The notes beneath the pieces are model-generated. The model saw nothing but the letters and a program-made list of their open reading frames with translations. It ran no database searches and was not told the DNA's origin. Shown piece by piece: positions 32,332-40,299 of a stretch of 46,738 nucleotides of DNA. This stretch comes from a virus, in the IMG/VR virus record IMGVR_UViG_3300025160_000003; one strand, written 5' to 3'. The first letter of the stretch is position 1, and every line of letters starts with the position of its first letter. The position numbers and the translations under genes were made by a program.

Positions 32332-32773
32332 TAGTAATTCCACATCTATCACAAATATATTGTTTATTTGTTATAGACCATGTATAAGATTTTACAAATA
32401 AATGATTACATATTGATTGATTTCTATCACTATTACTAAATATATTACTAGGTGTTATAATTGGATTAGTTTTATTTCTCTGTCTATAACTTTTCCATAA
32501 AACTACATATGTAGCTAAATCTAAAAAGCTATCATCTATTGATTCATTATTCGGTACTTCATCTTTATTAAGTAATGTAGCTAATCGCGCGAGTTTAGTT
32601 CCAATTAGAATTACAAAACTCTTATCAATCGGATCATTAAACCATTCAGCTAAATTTCCACTACGTTCAAAATTCTCAAATGGATTATCATTAGATGCAT
32701 AATCAGCATTTTTCTTCTCATGAATTAATTTCATATCTTCAAGCGTTTTGAGAAATTCTTGAATTACGGACAT
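32324..32773 (-). CDS. MazG/DUF1599-like all-alpha NTP-pyrophosphohydrolase-fold protein with a C-terminal zinc ribbon (149 aa)
   Basis: KKNADYASNDNPFENFERS...TKLARLATLL...ESIDDSFLDLATYVVL follows the K-x-x-DY...NF...K-x-x-RL...E-S-x-x-D...Y pattern. C-terminal CNH..x..CDRCG. Confidence 0.45.
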   Translation of the reverse strand: MSVIQEFLKTLEDMKLIHEKKNADYASNDNPFENFERSGNLAEWFNDPIDKSFVILIGTKLARLATLLNKDEVPNNESIDDSFLDLATYVVLWKSYRQRNKTNPIITPSNIFSNSDRNQSICNHLFVKSYTWSITNKQYICDRCGITII

Positions 32774-32927
32774 ATTTTCTCCTAATTGAAACCTTCATTC
32801 TATGCTTAAAACATAATACAAATTTAGGTGAAGGATTAAGACATTGGGTACATAATCCTTTTCTACGTTGTGAATAATAATAGTTACGTTCTTGTCTACG
32901 TTTTAATATCGGATTAGAATTAGCCAT
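32739..32927 (-). CDS. small basic protein (62 aa)
   Basis: ORF track. Arg/Lys-rich, with CTQC..x..C. Confidence 0.45.
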   Translation of the reverse strand: MANSNPILKRRQERNYYYSQRRKGLCTQCLNPSPKFVLCFKHRMKVSIRRKYVRNSRISQNA

Positions 32928-32938
32928 AAAATTTGATA

Positions 32939-33012
32939 TGGGCCAAATAGGATTTGAACCTATAACCTAATGATTATGAGTCATTTGCTCTGACCATTTG
33001 AGCTATTGGCCC
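32939..33012 (-). tRNA. tRNA with anticodon CAT (Met, or Ile2 if lysidinylated)
   Basis: Hand fold of the reverse complement: GGGCCAA-TA-GCTC-AAATGGTCA-GAGC-A-AATGA-CTCATAA-TCATT-AGGTT-ATAGG-TTCAAAT-CCTAT-TTGGCCC-A. All four stems pair. CCA is not encoded. Confidence 0.85.
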
Positions 33013-33020
33013 ATTAATAA

Positions 33021-33224
33021 TCAATCCACTTTTATTTTAGTTTCAGTTCTTTTTACAATTTGAACTAAATGAAAATCAGGATTTTTTAATAGATTATCTA
33101 TAAAAGGCTGAGCATACTCTATCACACTAAATTTCTTTTCGATTATAGAATATGAATCAGTATAATAAACTATTATTTGTTCCTCTTTAGGAACAAGATG
33201 ATTCATCGAATTAATCCAGTTCAT
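33021..33224 (-). CDS. hypothetical protein (67 aa)
   Basis: ORF track 33021..33233 trimmed to the first ATG (MNWINSMNHL). Confidence 0.5.
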   Translation of the reverse strand: MNWINSMNHLVPKEEQIIVYYTDSYSIIEKKFSVIEYAQPFIDNLLKNPDFHLVQIVKRTETKIKVD

Positions 33225-33297
33225 ATAAATCAATCCACAATAATCTTAATTACATCAGTTGAATTTGTTTTCATTGAATTTTATCCTTAAATTTAAA

Positions 33298-33374
33298 TGG
33301 TGCCCCAGGTCAGATTCGAACTGACACTTTAATGATTTTAAGTCATTTTTCTCTGCCTATTGGAATACTGGGGC
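33298..33374 (-). tRNA. tRNA with anticodon TAA (would read UUA Leu) but a 5-nt variable loop; CCA encoded
   Basis: Hand fold: GCCCCAG-TA-(weak D arm TTCC/AATAGGCA/GAGA)-AATGA-CTTAAAA-TCATT-AAAGT-GTCAG-TTCGAAT-CTGAC-CTGGGGC-A-CCA. Confidence 0.7.
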
Positions 33375-33387
33375 GCTTAAATTGAAA

Positions 33388-33570
33388 TTATTTATACCCA
33401 AATTTTCCCATTGCTATAATAAAATTATCTACAACTTCAGATTCTAAACAAATTTCATTAGTAGCACTAACTCCATTATGGGTAAAAATCCATAATCTAT
33501 CAATATCATCTAGTCCAATATAAACTGCATCACCCAAATATTCTACTAATTTATATTTACCTAAGTTCAT
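33388..33570 (-). CDS. hypothetical protein (60 aa)
   Basis: ORF track. ATGA overlap with the upstream micro-gene. Confidence 0.5.
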   Translation of the reverse strand: MNLGKYKLVEYLGDAVYIGLDDIDRLWIFTHNGVSATNEICLESEVVDNFIIAMGKFGYK

Positions 33571-33734
33571 AATGAAATTATCTCCGTCTTATGATCTTCA
33601 ATCCAAACGATTAATTGCTTAAGACAACTAATACAAATGTTAGCATTACTAATTTGAACTACTGGTAAAGATAATTCAAAACAACTAGCACAATAATATC
33701 TACCAATAGTTTCTATTCTGATTGATTTTATCAT
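33567..33734 (-). CDS. zinc-ribbon micro-protein (55 aa)
   Basis: Hand translation MIKSIRIETIGRYYCASCFELSLPVVQISNANICISCLKQLIVWIEDHKTEIISL. Confidence 0.45.
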   Translation of the reverse strand: MIKSIRIETIGRYYCASCFELSLPVVQISNANICISCLKQLIVWIEDHKTEIISL

Positions 33735-33736
33735 AT

Positions 33737-33952
33737 TTATTCCTCAACCAAACTAACATTGCGCGCTCTTGGGCCTTTAGCAGAATTGCCTTCTTCAAAA
33801 TTAACTCTAATAGTTTTAAGTAATTTCATATCGCGTTTTAATTCAGTCCAGTTACCTAAATAATCATCAACATGAAAGAAATAATCCTTATTGTTATAAT
33901 TGATAAATCCAAAATGTTTACCTTCAGCAATACGAATGACTTGACCAATCAT
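33737..33952 (-). CDS. cold-shock-domain protein (71 aa)
   Basis: RNP1-like GKHFGFI and RNP2-like YFFHV. Confidence 0.7.
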   Translation of the reverse strand: MIGQVIRIAEGKHFGFINYNNKDYFFHVDDYLGNWTELKRDMKLLKTIRVNFEEGNSAKGPRARNVSLVEE

Positions 33953-33956
33953 AATT

Positions 33957-35144
33957 TTACTTCCCCTTCAAATGCTTTCTAACTTCCTCAACCTTTTCAT
34001 CACTCATTACATAAGTAAGTTCATTACCAATCATTATCTTAGTTATTGCACCTGACGCTTCTAATGAATCAGTTATCTTATCCCATTCTTCACTAGACGC
34101 ATTAGCCCAATATTTCTTATTAAGCTGCTTACGTGATATTTTATGATCTGTACGTTCACATAACTCAATCATGACTAATGCCATTTCATTAGCCATTGCA
34201 TTTTTACCACGTCCCATTGTAGTACGTCTCACATTTCCAATTAACTTTTCACAATTTTCAATTGCATTAATGATGTCGATTTCTTTTATAACTAATTCAG
34301 GACGAGTAGCTAATGCAGTAACAAGAGCTACCTTAAGAACCGAATCACCAAATCTATTTAATGTTCCCGTTGGATCTTTAATTTGATGTGCATCTACGGC
34401 TTCAGAAAATTCATGATACCACTTATCATAATAATCTTTAGCATCATCTTCAATAATTACTTCACCATGTAATTTTGAAAGAACAGTTAAATACTCTCTA
34501 AATTCATTATAATCAGGTAACTTATCTGGCTTATACATGAGAGAGTTAATCTTATTTCGATGCGTTTCATGTATAATAAACGTTCGCGCAAAATAACCAC
34601 CATGTATATCTTTACGTAAGAAAAATTCTTCACCTTGAGCTTCATTAGTACCAGTTAACATAGTAATAGTAGGTGATACAAGTGAAAAGAATTCCATTTT
34701 TAATAACGATTTCCAATCACCTTCATTATAGTTTCTATCATACAAATCAGTAAGAATAGTTAATGCTACTTTATCATCAACGATTGAAGAAGTAAGTTCA
34801 GATGAGCAAATGAATGCTTTAGTTTTATCTAGAAATTTACCTCCAGGCATAGTTTGAGTAGAACCCATATCTTTTAATATACCTTGAATAGATGACCTAC
34901 CTACATAACAATGCGCTAGATTTTTAGTTAACTTTCGCGCCATTGAAATAGGTGGGCCTTTTTTAATACCAGAATCAGCATGTAACATAACATAGATATT
35001 AGGATATAACTTGTATATATAACGGTCAATAAATACGTTGTCTTTTAAAACAGCAGATACAGATGCTAATGCACTCCAATACCAAAAACTAATTGGTGAT
35101 TCGTACTCTTTATGTTGATCTACGATGGAGTCGATGAAGCTCAT
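33957..35144 (-). CDS. DUF3987-like replication-module protein with a C-terminal winged helix (395 aa)
   Basis: Layout ...NIYVMLHADSGIKKG...FICSSELTS...GGYFARTFII... resembles DUF3987 proteins. No clean Walker A. Confidence 0.4.
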   Translation of the reverse strand: MSFIDSIVDQHKEYESPISFWYWSALASVSAVLKDNVFIDRYIYKLYPNIYVMLHADSGIKKGPPISMARKLTKNLAHCYVGRSSIQGILKDMGSTQTMPGGKFLDKTKAFICSSELTSSIVDDKVALTILTDLYDRNYNEGDWKSLLKMEFFSLVSPTITMLTGTNEAQGEEFFLRKDIHGGYFARTFIIHETHRNKINSLMYKPDKLPDYNEFREYLTVLSKLHGEVIIEDDAKDYYDKWYHEFSEAVDAHQIKDPTGTLNRFGDSVLKVALVTALATRPELVIKEIDIINAIENCEKLIGNVRRTTMGRGKNAMANEMALVMIELCERTDHKISRKQLNKKYWANASSEEWDKITDSLEASGAITKIMIGNELTYVMSDEKVEEVRKHLKGK

Positions 35145-35347
35145 TTTTCTTCAACAAACTTAATCATTCTCATCATTACTTCTGATGCTAATGGATTTTC
35201 ATTAACATTTATAAATGAGTGAGAGAATTCTCGTACTAATGATCGGACCTCATCTGAATTCAACATGAAGTATTTATTTCCAGCACAATCTATTAGCTTT
35301 TCTGTATAACCTTCTGGTGGTTCAATATTAGTTATCTTTTTATTCAT
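35141..35347 (-). CDS. hypothetical protein (68 aa)
   Basis: ORF track. 4-nt overlap with the upstream gene. Confidence 0.5.
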   Translation of the reverse strand: MNKKITNIEPPEGYTEKLIDCAGNKYFMLNSDEVRSLVREFSHSFINVNENPLASEVMMRMIKFVEEK

Positions 35348-35349
35348 AA

Positions 35350-35880
35350 TTAAACTTCCCCAATTCCGCCAAATTTTTTAATCATTTCAGTTTCTTCTTT
35401 TCTTCGTTCCTGTTGAGATTCATTTTTACAGGTTCTACATTGTCTGCCTTTTATTGGATGAGTATAAGTATTTTCTTCGTTGTACTCATGACCTTGGGGA
35501 CAATGTGTTTTAATTGTATTATGAATTCCTGGTTCTAATCTTTTATTTATTATTGTATCATTTATATTTTCAGCTTGCGTTCCAATATATAAATGTCCTG
35601 GATTCCAACAGTTCTTATTATTACATTTATGATTCACTTGTAATGTACTAAGAAAATTATAGTCTAAAAATAAATGTGCTGATAACCTATGGATATATCT
35701 CATTCCTCCATTATACCATACCATTCCATAACCACCATTACTAGTTTGGCTTTTACCACTTATACCTCCAATCCATAACCAACATTCAGTTTCTATATCA
35801 ATTTTGGTTTTTGAAATTAAACGATAACATAACTTACTATTTAATTTCAAATCTTGAAAGCTCTTGATAATTGTGTCCAT
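35350..35880 (-). CDS. HNH homing-type endonuclease (176 aa)
   Basis: CWLW.GG...GYG...HRLSAHLF...NHKCNNKNCWNPGHLYIGTQAENINDT plus a C-terminal CPQGH..x..CRTC. Its start overlaps the PolA 3-prime end by 44 nt. Confidence 0.8.
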   Translation of the reverse strand: MDTIIKSFQDLKLNSKLCYRLISKTKIDIETECWLWIGGISGKSQTSNGGYGMVWYNGGMRYIHRLSAHLFLDYNFLSTLQVNHKCNNKNCWNPGHLYIGTQAENINDTIINKRLEPGIHNTIKTHCPQGHEYNEENTYTHPIKGRQCRTCKNESQQERRKEETEMIKKFGGIGEV

Positions 35881-38347
35881 ATTCTAGTTCAACTGGTATA
35901 ATTAAGTTACCTTCACCTAATGTACACTTATCAAAATTAATTGGTTTTTCAAGTTCTTCTTTAATTATTAATCCAGCTTCTAACTTCCTCTCAATTCTTA
36001 CCATTGTCAATAGCGCATCATGAGCTTCAACTAATATTAATATCCAAGGCGCGCGACTTCTAATTCTCATTGCAGCAGCTTTTAAATGCTCACTTACAGT
36101 ACGCTGAGGAATATAACTATATGCTTGTCTAAATAATTCATCTCCCCATCGTTCAAAGAAAGTTCTAATTCCACCAACTTCAGCATCTATTCCATAAGGT
36201 ATTGGAGCAATTAATCTCCCGTCTTTTTGTAATGCTTGTTGAATACCTAGATGGAATACTTCTTTTATCTTCGGTTGCTTCCTATGAAAGATTTTAATTG
36301 CGCGGTCTGCCACGAGTTCAGAGATTCTGAAATCAATTTTATTCTTGCGAGCCTGAGTATTAACTTCAATGGAAGCGCGTTTTTTTGACGCTCCAAGATG
36401 GCATGCATGTCGCAAAGTTTTACCACAGAACCTAATTGGCGTTTCTTTACCATTGTTAAACTTCTTTGAATGTTCTTGCCATTCACCACCAAAAAACCAT
36501 GATGCGGTTAATGCATGATAATCAACTTTATCAATTAGCTCTAAGGCATCATAATCACCAGCTAATTTAAATATAACTCGTGCTTCAGCTTGAGATAAAT
36601 CGCCTTGAACAAATATGCAACCTTCATCAGGAACTAAAAACCTTCTTATATCTTGACCAATATCACCATGTTTAGTAATAGTCTGAAATGCCATACCGCG
36701 CGATTGCTTACGTTTAACTTTAACACCAGACTCATTAACTTTCTTATATTCAACATTAGGTCTTATTGGTGGGTCTTGTTGAGTAGTAGAAGAACGGCCG
36801 GTTTCTAAACATAAAAAGAAACTTGTTCTCATTCGCCCATCAAAATCTGGTAATGCATATAAATAAGAATCAAGTGTTTTCTTAACTCTACGATTTTCTA
36901 ATATTAGTTCTATTCCACGAGCATGAACTGGATTCTTAACTACATTATTAAGTAAGCTAATCAATACTTCTTCACCAGTTCCTTGACGAAGTGGTAATTT
37001 CCAAGTTTCATAAAGTAACTTACCTACCTGTTGCCATGAACCAGTATTGATATATTCCTTAGTAATATGAAATAACTCATGACGTTGCTGTTCATCGCGT
37101 TCAATATATTTAGTAATGAGTTCGCGACGTACATCTTCATTACAACGAAATCCAACTTGTTCTATTGCGGTATCAGTTTCATTAAAAGCATAAAGTGAAT
37201 GTAATGGAAGAAGGAAATTACGATAATAATCATTTAAGTGTAACTCATCTATATCAGACTGCATTGCATCATTAATTTCTTTTGTTACACAACAATCCTT
37301 ACCACAACCTATCATTAAATCATCTAAAGAACCTTCATACATTCCTTCATCTTTATAATAAGGTTCTTCAGTAAATATTGAAGTATTAAAAGCAAGTCCT
37401 TTAGGTAGTTCGGGATTTATTGCAAATGATTTATACATTGTATCATCTTGCAAACCGCGCACTGTAAATCCAAATCGTTTTATTTTATCTCTATCATAAC
37501 CAAAGTTTTGTCCTATTACATCATGTTGAGATAAGAAGTTGGAATACAATAACCAACATCTAACTATCTCATTCTTTGGCATTGATGAATAGTTTTCCCA
37601 CATAGGTAATACAAATGCTTCATCTTTATTAAAAGCAGTACCCATCATTATTGGAATACATTTATGAGCTTCAATGTCAATAGATGGATGAATGGATGAC
37701 GAATATTTATTTAATAACTGTTCTAACTGCCACGAAGATTTGATAATAATTATATTACGTTTTGGTGTACGTATTTCAGGGAAATCAGATTGAATCTTAG
37801 CACGTCTTAAATCAAATAGCATTACTTCTTTATTCCAATAACCTTTAACATCACCATCTTGATGTAATATATGTGCTGGATGATAAGTAGGTACGCACTT
37901 AAATCCCATTCCATTTATAATACTACCGCGCCATGCTTGAATACCACCAGCTACATAATTACCTTCTTTATCTTTTTTACCGCTCTTTCCAGTTAATGCA
38001 TATAAAGCAGTTCCACCTAAAGGAACAATTACGTTAGGTTTAAGTTGAGAAATTTCTGTATGTAATTCATTGAACTGTTGATCTAAATCTATTCCTACTG
38101 AATTAGCACGAACTTTAAATGAAACTTTCTTACCTTTTTTAGGATTAGATGGAACCATGAATTTACATGCATTAGTAACCCAACATTCATCACGATTAAT
38201 ACCTACAGCAGATAAGAGCATATTAAAGAACTTACCACTTGGACCAGTAAATGGTTTACCAGTAACTTCTTCGTCGTAGCTTGGACTTTCTCCTACAAAA
38301 CAAATTCTAGGATTTCTAGGTCCAATGCCAGGTACATATACTTGCAT
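35837..38347 (-). CDS. family A DNA polymerase with an N-terminal family-4-type uracil-DNA-glycosylase domain and a central 3-5 exonuclease region (836 aa)
   Basis: UDG motifs FVGESPSYDEE..GKPFTGPSGKFF and YHPAHIL. Pol motif A GDLSQAEARV, motif B RFCGKTLRHACHLG, motif C LVEAHDAL. Confidence 0.85.
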   Translation of the reverse strand: MQVYVPGIGPRNPRICFVGESPSYDEEVTGKPFTGPSGKFFNMLLSAVGINRDECWVTNACKFMVPSNPKKGKKVSFKVRANSVGIDLDQQFNELHTEISQLKPNVIVPLGGTALYALTGKSGKKDKEGNYVAGGIQAWRGSIINGMGFKCVPTYHPAHILHQDGDVKGYWNKEVMLFDLRRAKIQSDFPEIRTPKRNIIIIKSSWQLEQLLNKYSSSIHPSIDIEAHKCIPIMMGTAFNKDEAFVLPMWENYSSMPKNEIVRCWLLYSNFLSQHDVIGQNFGYDRDKIKRFGFTVRGLQDDTMYKSFAINPELPKGLAFNTSIFTEEPYYKDEGMYEGSLDDLMIGCGKDCCVTKEINDAMQSDIDELHLNDYYRNFLLPLHSLYAFNETDTAIEQVGFRCNEDVRRELITKYIERDEQQRHELFHITKEYINTGSWQQVGKLLYETWKLPLRQGTGEEVLISLLNNVVKNPVHARGIELILENRRVKKTLDSYLYALPDFDGRMRTSFFLCLETGRSSTTQQDPPIRPNVEYKKVNESGVKVKRKQSRGMAFQTITKHGDIGQDIRRFLVPDEGCIFVQGDLSQAEARVIFKLAGDYDALELIDKVDYHALTASWFFGGEWQEHSKKFNNGKETPIRFCGKTLRHACHLGASKKRASIEVNTQARKNKIDFRISELVADRAIKIFHRKQPKIKEVFHLGIQQALQKDGRLIAPIPYGIDAEVGGIRTFFERWGDELFRQAYSYIPQRTVSEHLKAAAMRIRSRAPWILILVEAHDALLTMVRIERKLEAGLIIKEELEKPINFDKCTLGEGNLIIPVELEYGHNYQELSRFEIK

Positions 38348-38779
38348 TTATGCCCACCCGCCACATTTTTTACATACCCTTTTTCCTTTTTTGCTTATAT
38401 GAGTATTTTCTTGAGTATATAAATGGCCTTTCGAACACATTATTTTATTTTGTTCTACTAACGATCTATGTGTTCCAGCAATAATTGAATCACTTACATT
38501 TTCTCCGTGGGAACCAATATAAATGTGCTCCGGATTGAAACAATGTTTATTTGGACAAATATTTTTATGTAAAACAATAAGATAAGGATGATTTAGGTCG
38601 TACTTCAAATATAACATTGCAGAAAGTCTGTGAACTTTTTCTGATTTATAATTAAACTGTATTGCTCCATAACCTCTTGATAAGGCTCCAGTATATAACC
38701 AACAACCAGTACTTTTATCTATTTTTCGTTTAGATAAAAGTCTTTGTTCTACATTTTCAGACGTTATAGCTTTATTCAT
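38348..38779 (-). CDS. HNH homing-type endonuclease (143 aa), paralog of 35350..35880
   Basis: CWLYTGA..RGYG...HRLSAMLYL...HKNICPNKHCFNPEHIYIGSHGENVSDS plus CSKGH..x..CKKCG. Its stop abuts the PolA start codon. Confidence 0.8.
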   Translation of the reverse strand: MNKAITSENVEQRLLSKRKIDKSTGCWLYTGALSRGYGAIQFNYKSEKVHRLSAMLYLKYDLNHPYLIVLHKNICPNKHCFNPEHIYIGSHGENVSDSIIAGTHRSLVEQNKIMCSKGHLYTQENTHISKKGKRVCKKCGGWA

Positions 38780-38782
38780 AAG

Positions 38783-38968
38783 TTAGGTTGGTGTTTTCTC
38801 TGCATAAATTCTTTCTAAGATTTCTTCTTGTTTATCACTAATCCAATACTTAGCTTCAAACTGGTCAGAAATAGATTCTACAAAATCAAATTCCCATTTA
38901 GTTAGATTAATACCTTCATCATTAATGGTAGTAATCCAATGTTCAATTACTTGTGGTTTTTGGGTCAT
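38783..38968 (-). CDS. hypothetical protein (61 aa)
   Basis: ORF track. LTKWEFDFVESISDQ...ISDKQEEILERIY. Confidence 0.5.
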   Translation of the reverse strand: MTQKPQVIEHWITTINDEGINLTKWEFDFVESISDQFEAKYWISDKQEEILERIYAEKTPT

Positions 38969-39129
38969 ATTTCAACATCTGTCATATGAATTAGTTGAAC
39001 CTGAATTACATCCATTGATAAACTATTTGCAATTTGTTCAAAAGAATTTCCGTTCTTAATTAACCATTCAATAGCTAACTTTCGCGCATGTAAAAAGTTG
39101 CTCCAAGGATGTGTATCTTTCATTATCAT
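38965..39129 (-). CDS. small helix-turn-helix protein (54 aa)
   Basis: Hand translation MIMKDTHPWSNFLHARKLAIEWLIKNGNSFEQIANSLSMDVIQVQLIHMTDVEI. ATGA overlap with the downstream gene. Confidence 0.45.
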   Translation of the reverse strand: MIMKDTHPWSNFLHARKLAIEWLIKNGNSFEQIANSLSMDVIQVQLIHMTDVEI

Positions 39130-39131
39130 AT

Positions 39132-39395
39132 TTAATTCACCAATTCAATCCTAATTCCACGCCAACCACCATCTTCGTTCTTTTTCAATTCAAAACTAAC
39201 TTTAGTTCCTATAACTAATTTCTCAAATTCAATCTTATGATTTAGTGCTTGCCAATGAAAGAAGATTCTAGTAAATGGTTTCTCCTTAGAATTAATAAAT
39301 CCAAATCCTTTAGGATTAATATGAATAATTGTTCCAGTTAGACGATTAGTAATTTCATCCATAATATTAAGTTCTTTTACTTCTGCTTCTTTCAT
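39132..39395 (-). CDS. cold-shock-domain protein (87 aa)
   Basis: PKGFGFI and IFFHW motifs. Confidence 0.7.
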   Translation of the reverse strand: MKEAEVKELNIMDEITNRLTGTIIHINPKGFGFINSKEKPFTRIFFHWQALNHKIEFEKLVIGTKVSFELKKNEDGGWRGIRIELVN

Positions 39396-39398
39396 TAC

Positions 39399-39614
39399 TT
39401 AATCAACTCCATTAGTTTTTAATCTTTTAGCTCTACGACCAACAAATTGTTCAAATTCATCAAAAAGAATATCTTGAATTTTCATTCTCAAGTTTGATTC
39501 AACTTCTTGTTTCATCTCATTAGGTGTTATTGATAATATATATTCAACAAATCTATTTTCAATTTGTTGACATAATATTGTATCTTCATCAATTAAAATA
39601 TAATCCCAACTCAT
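39399..39614 (-). CDS. hypothetical acidic protein (71 aa)
   Basis: ORF track. Confidence 0.5.
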   Translation of the reverse strand: MSWDYILIDEDTILCQQIENRFVEYILSITPNEMKQEVESNLRMKIQDILFDEFEQFVGRRAKRLKTNGVD

Positions 39615-39847
39615 TACTTAATCAACTCCAATGCATCTTTTCTAGTTAAACAATTCTTAACCTTATCATAGTTCTTAAAAAGATTTAAGTTTTCACTCAC
39701 TAATCCAATTGAAACATTAAAGTATTTACTTGTATCAGATAATTTCCATAAAGGTTTATCTATCTTATGATAACTATGATACATAGCAATTAGTATAACT
39801 TTACGTTGCCATGTTTTAGCTTGGACGTATGAATGTAATGGTTTCAT
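39614..39847 (-). CDS. small HTH-type DNA-binding protein (77 aa)
   Basis: LSDTSKYFNVSIGLVSENLNL looks like a helix-turn-helix. Confidence 0.45.
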   Translation of the reverse strand: MKPLHSYVQAKTWQRKVILIAMYHSYHKIDKPLWKLSDTSKYFNVSIGLVSENLNLFKNYDKVKNCLTRKDALELIK

Positions 39848-39855
39848 TTAATTAA

Positions 39856-40218
39856 TTAAACAAAAATAACAGGTGGTTCGGGAATTACAATACCAATTGG
39901 TCTCCACATATGTAAAACATTAGGATGTCTATTAATATAATTTAATTTCTTAGGATGATATTGAATAACTACATCTTTCTCATCCCAAAATACATTTTTT
40001 AATCTATTCATTTCATCCCAAGTTGGAGTTCTACTTTCAATATCAAATCTTCTAGCATGAACTGATACATGTTCCCAATTTCCTGCATCAGAAACTATAC
40101 ACACTAATTTCCATCCAGTTATTGGTGAATTAAGTATAAACGCTCCATTATTTCCATAAGAATCATCTGAAGCTAGTTCTCCTTCTATAATTCTGCCAAA
40201 TTTAGGTACATGAAACAT
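39856..40218 (-). CDS. conserved phage protein of unknown function (120 aa)
   Basis: The pattern GAFIL......WKLVCIVSDAGNWEHVSV.......PTWDEM...K..FW....VVIQYHP matches a family I recall as common in phages. No function known to me. Confidence 0.55.
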   Translation of the reverse strand: MFHVPKFGRIIEGELASDDSYGNNGAFILNSPITGWKLVCIVSDAGNWEHVSVHARRFDIESRTPTWDEMNRLKNVFWDEKDVVIQYHPKKLNYINRHPNVLHMWRPIGIVIPEPPVIFV

Positions 40219-40244
40219 AAAATTCCTTATTAATCAAAACGAGG

Positions 40245-40299
40245 GGGTGCGCGCCTTATATTGTTAGTTCTCTATGAGACAACTCAAAAACGCGCACCC
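40245..40299 (-). promoter_or_regulatory. 9-bp GC-clamp inverted repeat (GGGTGCGCG ... CGCGCACCC) just upstream of the 40218 start
   Basis: Read directly. In the minus sense the stem is preceded by AACAATAGGG and followed by cctcgttttgatt, then the RBS aagga. Confidence 0.45.

Noticed and set aside
34171-34386. 71-aa plus-strand ORF; also 36265..36492 (minus, alternate frame inside PolA) and 44230..44412 (plus)
   Set aside because: Antisense or out of frame within supported leftward-arm genes. No translation signals.
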